Shown in pieces: positions 38,824-46,938 of a stretch of DNA of 64,000 nt (its first letter is position 1; each line of letters begins with the position of its first letter). The notes under the pieces are model-generated. The model was given only the letters and a program-made list of their open reading frames with translations, had not been told where the DNA came from and searched no databases. The position numbers and the translations under genes were made by a program. Where the stretch lies: IMG/VR virus record IMGVR_UViG_3300009155_000040, positions 32,001 to 96,000 of that record; one strand, 5' to 3'. The stretch is from a virus.

Positions 38824-38840
38824 CGTTAAATTTATTGGTT

Positions 38841-39101
38841 ATGACAAAACTAAAATGGGACAGATCATCACAGAATAGTGTGTTAACCTCGGATTATTAT
38901 CTAAATCCGAAGACTGGATTTGACCAAAAATGGCATAATCAGCGTAAAAATATGCAAGAAACCCTTGGTATACACAAAGATCATAACTGGCAAATTATCA
39001 ACAAACCCACAGGCCCACACGCAGGCAAAGTAGTTTGTAACACTTGTAACGGAAAATTCGTTGCTTGGTTACCTAAAGGCTACATATCATCTAACACTTA
39101 A
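38841..39101 (+). CDS. Hypothetical protein with H/CxxC metal-binding motif (start ATG 38841, or TTG 38835)
   Basis: GPHAGKVVCNTCNGKFVAWL. Confidence 0.6.
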   Translation: MTKLKWDRSSQNSVLTSDYYLNPKTGFDQKWHNQRKNMQETLGIHKDHNWQIINKPTGPHAGKVVCNTCNGKFVAWLPKGYISSNT

Positions 39102-39471
39102 GGTTAGCGGGCCAGCTATAATACCGCTGTGGAAAAACCGGGGAATAACCGGACACGTAACATATTGATGCACTCCCGTCGTGGAATACGACTATCCTGA
39201 AAAATCGGAAGTGAGTTTGAGGTTGAAAACAAAGATAACCAACGCATTGATATAGTATGAATGTTAGCATACGAAAACACTGGCTATAAACACTTAAACA
39301 CTAGGAACGAGGTTTAAGATAGCAATAGAAATATTGTGAAATCGTGGTAGGAAGGAAAAGCACAGAGTCCTTTAGCATACAGTGTATAAAAATACCTACT
39401 TCTAAGGTCTTGGCTAATGCAACTCGCATAATGCAAGCAAGCGGAACCGTTAAAAACGGTTCCGTCTGACT
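39102..39471 (+). ncRNA. Candidate large structured non-coding RNA (unassigned family)
   Basis: Only large gap in the window, densely tiled with helices: 39106-10/39124-28, 39138-41/39149-52, 39178-82/39188-92, 39251-56/39283-88, 39293-99/39312-18, 39322-27/39332-37 (GAAA loop), 39346-51/39395-400, 39352-56/39368-72, 39417-20/39426-29, 39441-50/39456-65. A terminator lies downstream. Confidence 0.55.
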
Positions 39472-39576
39472 AAAAACAATCTGCATAATACTTAAATTGC
39501 TTCGCAATTATAATAAGTTCAATAACTTTAACATTATCTGAAAAGAAAAAAATGCTTTGAGCGGAAGCGAAAAAGC

Positions 39577-39598
39577 AAACGAGCGTGAGCTCGTTTTT
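39577..39598 (+). terminator. Intrinsic terminator
   Basis: AAACGAGC-GTGA-GCTCGTTT followed by TT. Confidence 0.75.
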
Positions 39599-39606
39599 AA
39601 TAAATA
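39599..39606 (+). promoter_or_regulatory. Late-promoter-like box AATAAATA
   Basis: Immediately after the terminator and upstream of ORF 39635 (AGGA RBS). Confidence 0.6.
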
Positions 39607-39634
39607 AAATTATACCTTTTAGGAATCCCTTGAC

Positions 39635-40897
39635 ATGAGAATTAATCAAATACTAACTGAATCTGAACAGCAACAATTAGAAAAATTATATGAAGGACCA
39701 AAGTTTAATAAGTTTGGTAAAGCTGTAGGCGACGTAGCCGGTATGGCTGCTAAAGGCGTTGGCGCAGTAGCTGGTGGTGTTGCTGGAGCATGGGACGCTG
39801 CTAAGAAAGGATTTAGCTCTGGAAAAGCCAGAGTAGCACAAGGTGGTGATTCACCAGATGCAGTTATAGATCCCCAAAAACGAACAAGAGCTAAAGCAGC
39901 GCCAGCAGGTGGAACAGCACCCGGAGGTGCAGTAGGCGGTGGCGCAGGTGATCCAGCAGGCTATAACACAGCAGACCCATCGACAGATCCAGCAGGCAAA
40001 AAGCCAGGATTCTTAGCAGGAATGAAGCAAGGGCTATCGGGTAAAAAAGGTAAACCAGCACCAAAAAGTGCTGCGGCTCCAGCAGGAGGATCTGCTGTAG
40101 GTGGAACAGCACCAGCAGATAATGCAGCCGCTTCGGCAGCACCAGCAGATAATGCAGCCGCTGTTAATGCTGCAGGTCCAAAAGGTACAGCTCCGGCTAA
40201 ACAACAAACAGGTAAAGCTGCGGCTGCTGTAAAAAAATCCGCTGATGCAACAGCAGGTGTAGGTGCAGAAAAAGCAGGACAAACATTATACGCTCAAGTT
40301 AAATCACAAGTAGGTCAACTTGACAAGAAAGGCAAGCAACGTATCATGCAGTTGCTACAAAAATCTTTACAACAACCTGCGCCAGCAGCAGCGCCTGCAG
40401 GTGCACCAGCTGCTCCCGCAGGCAAAAAGCCAGGTGCAGCACCAGCACCAGCACATGCTAACATTCCAGGCGCAAAAACAGCTCCAGCAGCAAATGCTGC
40501 TCCAACAGCACCTGCTGCAGAACCAGCAGCGCCAGCATCTCGAGTAAATGCTGCCAACGGCGGAGTACAAGTAGGTACTAAACAATCTGAACCAGGTGCA
40601 AATTTTGATACAGCAACAGGTAAAGCACTTCCTGGTAGAGCTCTTAATGGTGTTCGTAGAAAAGCAGAAGTTGGTGCCGGTGCATTAGGCAAAGCAAGAA
40701 AAGGTATGAATGCTAGAAAAGCACCATCACCAAGTCAAGCAGAATATGATGCAGATAGAGAAGCAAAGATGGGCGTAACATCAGACAGTATCATTAGATC
40801 ACACAATGGTCTTGCTGAAACATTAATGCAGGCCATTGCAGAAGAAAAACGCAGAATGGTTGCCGAAGGTAAAATCAGTATTTTTAGAACACGATAA
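39635..40897 (+). CDS. Ala/Pro/Gly/Lys-rich low-complexity protein, putative head-internal protein (420 aa)
   Basis: N-terminus MRINQILTE, very A/P/G-rich body, late-promoter box upstream. Confidence 0.6.
   Translation: MRINQILTESEQQQLEKLYEGPKFNKFGKAVGDVAGMAAKGVGAVAGGVAGAWDAAKKGFSSGKARVAQGGDSPDAVIDPQKRTRAKAAPAGGTAPGGAVGGGAGDPAGYNTADPSTDPAGKKPGFLAGMKQGLSGKKGKPAPKSAAAPAGGSAVGGTAPADNAAASAAPADNAAAVNAAGPKGTAPAKQQTGKAAAAVKKSADATAGVGAEKAGQTLYAQVKSQVGQLDKKGKQRIMQLLQKSLQQPAPAAAPAGAPAAPAGKKPGAAPAPAHANIPGAKTAPAANAAPTAPAAEPAAPASRVNAANGGVQVGTKQSEPGANFDTATGKALPGRALNGVRRKAEVGAGALGKARKGMNARKAPSPSQAEYDADREAKMGVTSDSIIRSHNGLAETLMQAIAEEKRRMVAEGKISIFRTR
40107..40162 (+). repeat. Intragenic tandem duplication (26-nt exact copy, 30-nt period)
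   Basis: CAGCACCAGCAGATAATGCAGCCGCT at 40107-40132 and 40137-40162, encoding APADNAAA twice. Confidence 0.9.
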
Positions 40898-41322
40898 TGA
40901 AAATTCACGAAATAATTGTTGAAGGCCCTGGATCTGAAATTGGCGACATTGCCCAACTTAATGTGAACAACCTTAACAAAGGTATCGATGCAGGTAGGGA
41001 TGTATTTTCACCTTCAAAATGGTTTAAATCTAAAGATGTCGATGTAGATACTACTGAACCCGGTACTACACAAAAAGCAGCACCTAAAGAAGAGCCAAAG
41101 AAAAAACCACAAGCAGTAGAAACACAGCGAATTAGATTTGCCTTACAGAAAGCAGCCAAAGGCGATCAGCTTTACAATGACGATGTTGGTTACTTGAAAG
41201 CTGCTTATGGAAAAGTTGATAAAGGAACGCCTGAGGCTGATGCATTATTGGCCGCAATCAAAATACAACCACTAGACAAGCAACAACAGGCTGTGTTGCT
41301 TAATCTTAGCAAACAATATTAA
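40897..41322 (+). CDS. Hypothetical protein, putative head-internal protein (141 aa)
   Basis: TAATG coupling to the previous gene. N-terminus MKIHEIIVE parallels MRINQILTE. Confidence 0.6.
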   Translation: MKIHEIIVEGPGSEIGDIAQLNVNNLNKGIDAGRDVFSPSKWFKSKDVDVDTTEPGTTQKAAPKEEPKKKPQAVETQRIRFALQKAAKGDQLYNDDVGYLKAAYGKVDKGTPEADALLAAIKIQPLDKQQQAVLLNLSKQY

Positions 41323-41528
41323 AAGAACGGTAGGTTAGTTTTTTTAGTAGTCTCTAGATTTTCTTTAATAATCTCAGAAACAATACTTCTTTCTTCTGCG
41401 CTCAATGACATGCCTTCTGCAAAAGACAGACCTCGCATGTACCAACACATTTTAAGTATGTCTTTCTTTATTGCCCTAGCTTCGTTGTCCATTTGTTCGG
41501 ACCAAGCTAAGATCTCAGGATAGGGCAT
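41319..41528 (-). CDS. Small baseplate-hub/tail assembly protein (gp51-like); probably expressed as the -1 frameshift extension of the upstream gene
   Basis: ILKMCWYMRGLSFAEGMSLSAEERSIVSEIIKEN resembles gp51/tail-chaperone C-terminal segments. No RBS before its ATG. Its frame is open back to the slippery site. Confidence 0.6.
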   Translation of the reverse strand: MPYPEILAWSEQMDNEARAIKKDILKMCWYMRGLSFAEGMSLSAEERSIVSEIIKENLETTKKTNLPFF

Positions 41529-41552
41529 GTCTAAGATCTTGCGGCGAAAAAA
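41509..41552 (-). other. Candidate programmed -1 ribosomal frameshift signal
   Basis: Slippery heptamer T TTT TTC (41552-41546), 5-nt spacer, 10-bp stem AAGATCTTAG/CTGAGATCTT with a 12-nt loop. Confidence 0.65.
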
Positions 41553-42397
41553 TCCGATTGATCCATTTGCACTGGCAAATCAAATGGTTTTTCACATTCT
41601 TGACAAGCTACATTTAGTGCTTTAATCTCAAGGCTTTCTTTGATTCCACCAACGTGTGATGAAATTTTATCAAACACATCTTTAGAGCAGTTGTTGATAA
41701 ACTCTAAAATTTGACCTCTATCAGAAGTTTCTCCATTTGGTGTAGAAATTTTTGCTATGCAATCTGCAATAACATCTACGGTTAATTGTGTAATTTTTAC
41801 AAAACTTTTACCAAACATGTCAATTTTTTGTTCGTCAGTTAATTCATCACTGTTGATAACATTAAAAATTTTCTGTTGTTCTAAAGATTTAATAGCAGTC
41901 TTGCTAACCTGTAAATAGGTATACGGACGTACATAGATAGTCAACGGATCAATATCAATTTCCTCAGCATATTCAAACGCTGTAAATTTTTGAAACCATA
42001 AGTTGAGATCAACATCATAGGAGTTGTCGGCCTCACAGTGAGGACATTTTGCGCCAACTTCCATTTTATCACCATAGGTAGCGATGCGGATAGCAATTAA
42101 TGCAAAGTCTAGATCAATCGATGGCATTTGCCAAGGATCTAATATTGCCGGAATACAGCTTTTGATAATTTCAACAGTTGATTGCCCCGACAGCAATGCA
42201 TCGGGAGTTTTAAACATCAGTTCGTCTTTGGCAGTCATAGCATAAACAGGATACTCTCCGTTAGAACTAACGTCTAACGCTCCCTGAGGATAGAACTTGC
42301 CTTTAGACGGTAATTTCACATAAATTTTAGGTTGTCTGAACCAATTTGCCAAAGGATTTTTATTTTGGTTTGTTGGCGTATTTGTAATATCACTCAT
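41531..42397 (-). CDS. Baseplate hub assembly protein, gp26-like (288 aa)
   Basis: NPLANWFRQPKIYVKLPSKGKFY...VYAMTAKDELMFKTPDALLSG...IDLDFALIAIRIATYG; two CxxC pairs (CPHC, CQEC). Divergent from the tape-measure-like gene. Confidence 0.7.
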   Translation of the reverse strand: MSDITNTPTNQNKNPLANWFRQPKIYVKLPSKGKFYPQGALDVSSNGEYPVYAMTAKDELMFKTPDALLSGQSTVEIIKSCIPAILDPWQMPSIDLDFALIAIRIATYGDKMEVGAKCPHCEADNSYDVDLNLWFQKFTAFEYAEEIDIDPLTIYVRPYTYLQVSKTAIKSLEQQKIFNVINSDELTDEQKIDMFGKSFVKITQLTVDVIADCIAKISTPNGETSDRGQILEFINNCSKDVFDKISSHVGGIKESLEIKALNVACQECEKPFDLPVQMDQSDFFAARS

Positions 42398-42406
42398 TTT
42401 TTCTCC

Positions 42407-42436
42407 AATAAATACTATTAGTGAAAAGTATTTATA
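42407..42436. promoter_or_regulatory. Face-to-face arranged late boxes in the divergent gap: AATAAATA (+, 42407-42414) and TATAAATA (-, 42429-42436)
   Basis: One box on each strand in the 68-nt gap between the gp26-like and tape-measure-like genes. Confidence 0.65.
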
Positions 42437-42465
42437 TGCGCATTTTACCAGGTAAAAATTAATCT

Positions 42466-45186
42466 ATGGCTAATCCAGTAACAATTGATATTCCGGGCAT
42501 CGGATCTGTAGTTGCTAACAATGCAGCAACTGAAGCCACGCTGAAAGAAATCCTTAAAGCTATCCAAGGCGGAGAAGGTGGCGGCTACAAGAAAGGTGGC
42601 AAACCTGGCGATGCTAAAAACAAAGAATATGCTGGAGGAGGTGGCGGTGGTTCTGGAGGAGGTGGCGGTTCTGGTGGTGGCGGTAAAGGAGCAGCTTCAT
42701 CGGCCATGAGCCTGTTTGGCCTCGGTAAAGCTGTTGGAACACTGGGCCGATATGTGGGTATAGCTACAGGGGCGTTTATTGGAGTAGGCGAAGCAGCTAC
42801 AGAAGTTGTTCAGCAGTTTGCTAATGTGGGTGACAGTATGGAAAATGCTGCCGCAGTATTTAAAAGTATCCCACTACTAGGCACAGTATTTGGAGCAGTA
42901 GCAAATGCTGCTGAAAAAACTCTAGCATCGTATCAATCAGCAACTGCCAGCGGTGCTACATTTGGTAATAGTATGGGTAACTTTGCGGCAGCGGCCAGCT
43001 CTGCTGGCATGACCATGGATAAATTTGCTGCTATCATTGGTAAAAATGGTGCAGCAATGCAAATCCTAGGAGGTAATACTGAAGAAGGTGCAAGACGATT
43101 TGCCAGCATCAGTAAAGATCTAAGAACAAGTCAGGTAGGTGCCCAACTAGCAGGATTAGGTTATAGCTCTGAACAAATTAATCAAGGAATGGCTTCTTAT
43201 GCTAACATTATCGGAAGAAGCGGAGCCCTTCAAGGTAAATCAAATAAAGAAATAGCGGCAGGTGCAGGTGCATACATGAAAGAACTTGATGCGCTGGCAA
43301 AAGTCACTGGTAGAAGCAGGCAAGAATTAGAAAATGAAGCCGATGAAAGAGCCAAGGATGCACAGTGGATAGCTATGACTCGAGGCATGGACAAAGATCA
43401 ACGATTAATGATGGAATCTTTTGTTTCAAGTTATCCCAAAGAACAACAAGCTGCTATTAAAGATATGTTGACCACTGGTAGTATTACCAGTGATGCTGCT
43501 ATTAAATTTAATGCTATGATGGGAGGAACTGCCCAAGAAGTTATGCAAATGGGTCAGGCGATTCGATCTGGTCGAAAAATGACCCAAGCAGAAATTGACA
43601 AAACTAAAAACAATTCAATATCCGAAGCTGTACAAAAAGCCAATTCTGCAGAATTTAAAACAATGGGCGGATTTGTTGGCGAGTTTGCAAACGAAGTAAA
43701 TGGTATAAATCAATTAGCTAACCAAGAAACAAACGGTCGTAAGAAAGCAATGACCGCACAAGAACAAGCAGAAGCTAATGCTGCGGCTGGCTTAAAAGCT
43801 TTCAAAGAAAATTTAGCTGAACTATCAAACGGTTTTCAAATAGCATTGGTTAACAGCGGAGTGCTTAACTCTCTAATGAGCCTGTTTACTACATTTGCTG
43901 ATATAGTTCAGAGATTTATAATTCCTATTTTTAATATTATGGCGGCCATAATTCCAAAAGTAGTCTATGGTTTTGAATTATTACTAGCACCAGTAGTAGA
44001 AGCTATAAGCGGACTTTTTGGAGATACATCAAACACACTTCAAATGTTAGACGACATCATGAATGCTGTATTTCCAATACTAGATGCAACTGTTCGCTCA
44101 CTAATATTAGTGTTTGAAGGCGCATGGGATGCAGTGGTGTCTTTGTTTGAACCGATTAATAATCTAATGGATGAGATTTTTGGTGCAGGCAACGGCATGA
44201 GCGGTCTTACTGATATTATAATTGATACCGGAAACTTTATTGGCGGTGTATTTAGGATGGTCGGAGGCATTGTCGGAGGTCTAATTGACGGGTTTACATG
44301 GCTTATTCGTACAGTTAAAAGTGTTATTGGTTCTTCGGAAGTTTTAACAAGCTATTTTGACGGGCTTGCGAAAGGAATAAAAGCTATATGGACATGGATC
44401 CATGAGTTATTGAGCGTTGACGGGGGCAAGGCAGTTGTTATGTGGCTTGGAAACGCGGTATTAAAAATAATGTATTACCTTCAAGATATATTTGGATCAA
44501 TGATCGACGGTGTGCTGGCTGTAATTCCAAATGCTCTCGGAGGCATTAGCGCAGAAGAAAAGAAAAAACGTGATGAAGATAGGGCCGAACGTGCTAAGAC
44601 TCGTGATGAAGAAACTAAAGCAAGAGATGCTGAAGTTGCAAGATTACACGAATCGTCAAAAAAAGAAGTAGCAGCCAACGATAAAAAAGCAGAACATCAT
44701 AAACAGGCTTTGAAACAAGACGTTGCTAATTTCAACAAGAAAGAGTCACATCTCAGTAAAATGGGAGGACTTCAAAAGAAAGAGGAAGATCTCAAAGAAG
44801 AGTCGATAGTTAAAAATTACGACGACCCGATCGAATTATTAAAAGCACAAGCCACACAACAAAAAAGCGGGCTAATTCAAAATCCTGCAGGAAATCCTGT
44901 TGCAAATGCAGAAGGCGGCAGAAGAGCTGTAGAACAGGCAGCTGAAGCTAAAGTTCAAGCAGAAAAAGCAGCAGCAGAAAAAGCCTCAGGCAAAGGTGGC
45001 GGCACTATTCCAGGGTCAACAGCCCCAGCAGGACCTGCTCAAGAATCACCGTCAGTATTACTGGCTAGCTTAAATACTAAGATGGATCAGTTAATTAAAA
45101 TCAGTAAAGACCACCATGACATTGGTGCTGTTCAAGTAAGAACACTCGGACAACTAAGCGGCGACCTATATGCCGGAGTTGGTTAA
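42466..45186 (+). CDS. Tail tape-measure-like protein (906 aa)
   Basis: Ala/Gly-rich helical composition, hydrophobic F/W-periodic central region, charged coiled-coil C-terminus. Adjacent to tail assembly chaperone-like genes. Confidence 0.7.
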   Translation: MANPVTIDIPGIGSVVANNAATEATLKEILKAIQGGEGGGYKKGGKPGDAKNKEYAGGGGGGSGGGGGSGGGGKGAASSAMSLFGLGKAVGTLGRYVGIATGAFIGVGEAATEVVQQFANVGDSMENAAAVFKSIPLLGTVFGAVANAAEKTLASYQSATASGATFGNSMGNFAAAASSAGMTMDKFAAIIGKNGAAMQILGGNTEEGARRFASISKDLRTSQVGAQLAGLGYSSEQINQGMASYANIIGRSGALQGKSNKEIAAGAGAYMKELDALAKVTGRSRQELENEADERAKDAQWIAMTRGMDKDQRLMMESFVSSYPKEQQAAIKDMLTTGSITSDAAIKFNAMMGGTAQEVMQMGQAIRSGRKMTQAEIDKTKNNSISEAVQKANSAEFKTMGGFVGEFANEVNGINQLANQETNGRKKAMTAQEQAEANAAAGLKAFKENLAELSNGFQIALVNSGVLNSLMSLFTTFADIVQRFIIPIFNIMAAIIPKVVYGFELLLAPVVEAISGLFGDTSNTLQMLDDIMNAVFPILDATVRSLILVFEGAWDAVVSLFEPINNLMDEIFGAGNGMSGLTDIIIDTGNFIGGVFRMVGGIVGGLIDGFTWLIRTVKSVIGSSEVLTSYFDGLAKGIKAIWTWIHELLSVDGGKAVVMWLGNAVLKIMYYLQDIFGSMIDGVLAVIPNALGGISAEEKKKRDEDRAERAKTRDEETKARDAEVARLHESSKKEVAANDKKAEHHKQALKQDVANFNKKESHLSKMGGLQKKEEDLKEESIVKNYDDPIELLKAQATQQKSGLIQNPAGNPVANAEGGRRAVEQAAEAKVQAEKAAAEKASGKGGGTIPGSTAPAGPAQESPSVLLASLNTKMDQLIKISKDHHDIGAVQVRTLGQLSGDLYAGVG

Positions 45187-45211
45187 TGCTGTTATTGGAT
45201 AATACAAAATT

Positions 45212-46915
45212 ATGAGTTGGAAAAAATATTTCACACCAGTTGACATTAGTAACCAATCAGGAACGTTTAGTCCTATGGGAGGACGTGGTCGTCCAGGTCC
45301 AGCCAAAGCAAACTATTCAAGCTACTTGCCAGATGTTTATGCAGGTGCACCAAATCGTATTGATCGTTATCAACAGTACGACACTATGGATACAGACAGC
45401 GAAGTTAATGCTGCTTTAGATATCCTTACAGAATTTTGCACACAAAAAGACAAAGAAAACGCAACACCATTTCAAACTTCCTTTAGAGGAACTCCGACAG
45501 CAACTGAAGTTAAGATTCTAAAAGACGCATTACAAAAATGGTGTAAACAACAACAGTTTGAAACACGTATTTTTCGTATTGTTCGTAACACATTCAAATA
45601 CGGTGATTGTTTTTTTATTCGTGATCCAGAAACTAAAAAATGGTTATACGTTGATGCTATCAAAGTTACAAAAATTATTGTTAATGAAAGTGAAGGTAAA
45701 ATTCCTGAGCAGTATGTAATTAAAGATATTAATTTTAATTTTACAAACTTAATAGCAACAACACCACACGGTACATCAAACACAGCACCTAGCGGAACAG
45801 CAAGTTATACTACAGGTGGTGGCTTTGGTCGTGGAGTGGTTGGAGCAACAGCCAACACGCCCGGTTCTAGATTCGGCAATCAAATTAATGAAATCACAGT
45901 AGATGCTAAACACGTAGTGCATATCAGTCTGAGCGAAGGTCTAGATAATAACTATCCTTTTGGTAACAGTCTATTAGAATCGGTGTTCAAAGTCTACAAG
46001 CAGAAAGAATTGCTCGAAGATGCTATCATTATCTATCGTATACAACGTGCTCCAGAAAGACGTATTTTCTACGTAGACGTTGGAAATATGCCGGCGCACA
46101 TGGCTATGAGCTTTGTTGAACGTGTTAAAAACGAAATCCAACAAAGACGTATTCCTAGCTCAACAGGTGGCGGAGCAAACGTCATAGACGCTAGTTATAA
46201 TCCTCTAAGTGTAAACGAAGATTACTTCTTTCCACAGACAGCAGAAGGTCGTGGATCAAAAGTTGAAACACTACCAGGCGGTACAAACTTAGGTGAAATT
46301 ACAGATTTACGTTATTTCACAAACAAACTATTCCGTGCCTTGCGTATTCCAAGTAGTTATTTGCCAACATCAATTGATGAACAGCCCAATACAGTTGCTG
46401 ACGGCAAAGTAGGTACAGCATACATTCAAGAATTACGTTTTAACGAATACTGCAAACGACTACAATCTATGGTTGTAGAAACATTTGATTTAGAATTTAA
46501 ACTGTGGCTTAATGATCAAGGTATCAATATTGACTCAAGTCTTTTTGAACTTAAATTTAATCAGCCACAAAACTTTGCTGCTTACCGTCAATCCGAACTT
46601 GATACAGCTCGTGCAGCAACCTATGGTACAATTTCTCAAATTCCACATCTCAGCAAGAGATTCGCATTAAAACGTTTCTTAGGATTATCAGAAGACGAGA
46701 TCAAAGAAAACGAAAAATTGTGGAGAGAAGAAAACGGTGCGCAATTGCAACCGCCAGCAGATGCAGGTGCAGAACTACGTTCCGCAGGCATTTCACCGGG
46801 TGGTATGTCCGCAGACATGTCAGGACAAGCAGCAGAAGCTCCGGAAGATATGGCAGCTGAAGCAGATCCAGCAGCGGCTGGCGGTGAAGAAGCCGCAGCA
46901 GCACCAGCCCAATAA
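45212..46915 (+). CDS. gp20: Portal vertex protein
   Basis: QKELLEDAIIIYRIQRAPERRIFYVDVGNMP...EDYFFPQTAEGRGSKVETLPGG...LFRALRIPSSYL are gp20 signatures. Confidence 0.95.
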   Translation: MSWKKYFTPVDISNQSGTFSPMGGRGRPGPAKANYSSYLPDVYAGAPNRIDRYQQYDTMDTDSEVNAALDILTEFCTQKDKENATPFQTSFRGTPTATEVKILKDALQKWCKQQQFETRIFRIVRNTFKYGDCFFIRDPETKKWLYVDAIKVTKIIVNESEGKIPEQYVIKDINFNFTNLIATTPHGTSNTAPSGTASYTTGGGFGRGVVGATANTPGSRFGNQINEITVDAKHVVHISLSEGLDNNYPFGNSLLESVFKVYKQKELLEDAIIIYRIQRAPERRIFYVDVGNMPAHMAMSFVERVKNEIQQRRIPSSTGGGANVIDASYNPLSVNEDYFFPQTAEGRGSKVETLPGGTNLGEITDLRYFTNKLFRALRIPSSYLPTSIDEQPNTVADGKVGTAYIQELRFNEYCKRLQSMVVETFDLEFKLWLNDQGINIDSSLFELKFNQPQNFAAYRQSELDTARAATYGTISQIPHLSKRFALKRFLGLSEDEIKENEKLWREENGAQLQPPADAGAELRSAGISPGGMSADMSGQAAEAPEDMAAEADPAAAGGEEAAAAPAQ

Positions 46916-46925
46916 CCTAGCCCAG

Positions 46926-46933
46926 TATAAATA
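46926..46933 (+). promoter_or_regulatory. T4-type late promoter TATAAATA
   Basis: Exact consensus, 5 nt before ATG 46939. Confidence 0.75.
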
Positions 46934-46938
46934 CAAGT

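Noticed and set aside
39129-39420. Resemblance to RNase P RNA (GTGGAAAAACCGGGG versus GAGGAAAGUCCGGGC; CACAGAG; TTGGCTAA)
   Set aside because: The P4 pairing is incomplete and the other conserved regions are not in convincing order or spacing. A cmsearch with RNase P models would settle it.
39098-39471. Group I intron idea (stop codon right at the start as in T4 td; ACGACTA at 39188; AGAGTCC at 39364)
   Set aside because: No proper P7 partner or J8/7 consensus at suitable spacing, ACGAC is already used in a local hairpin, and no second exon follows.
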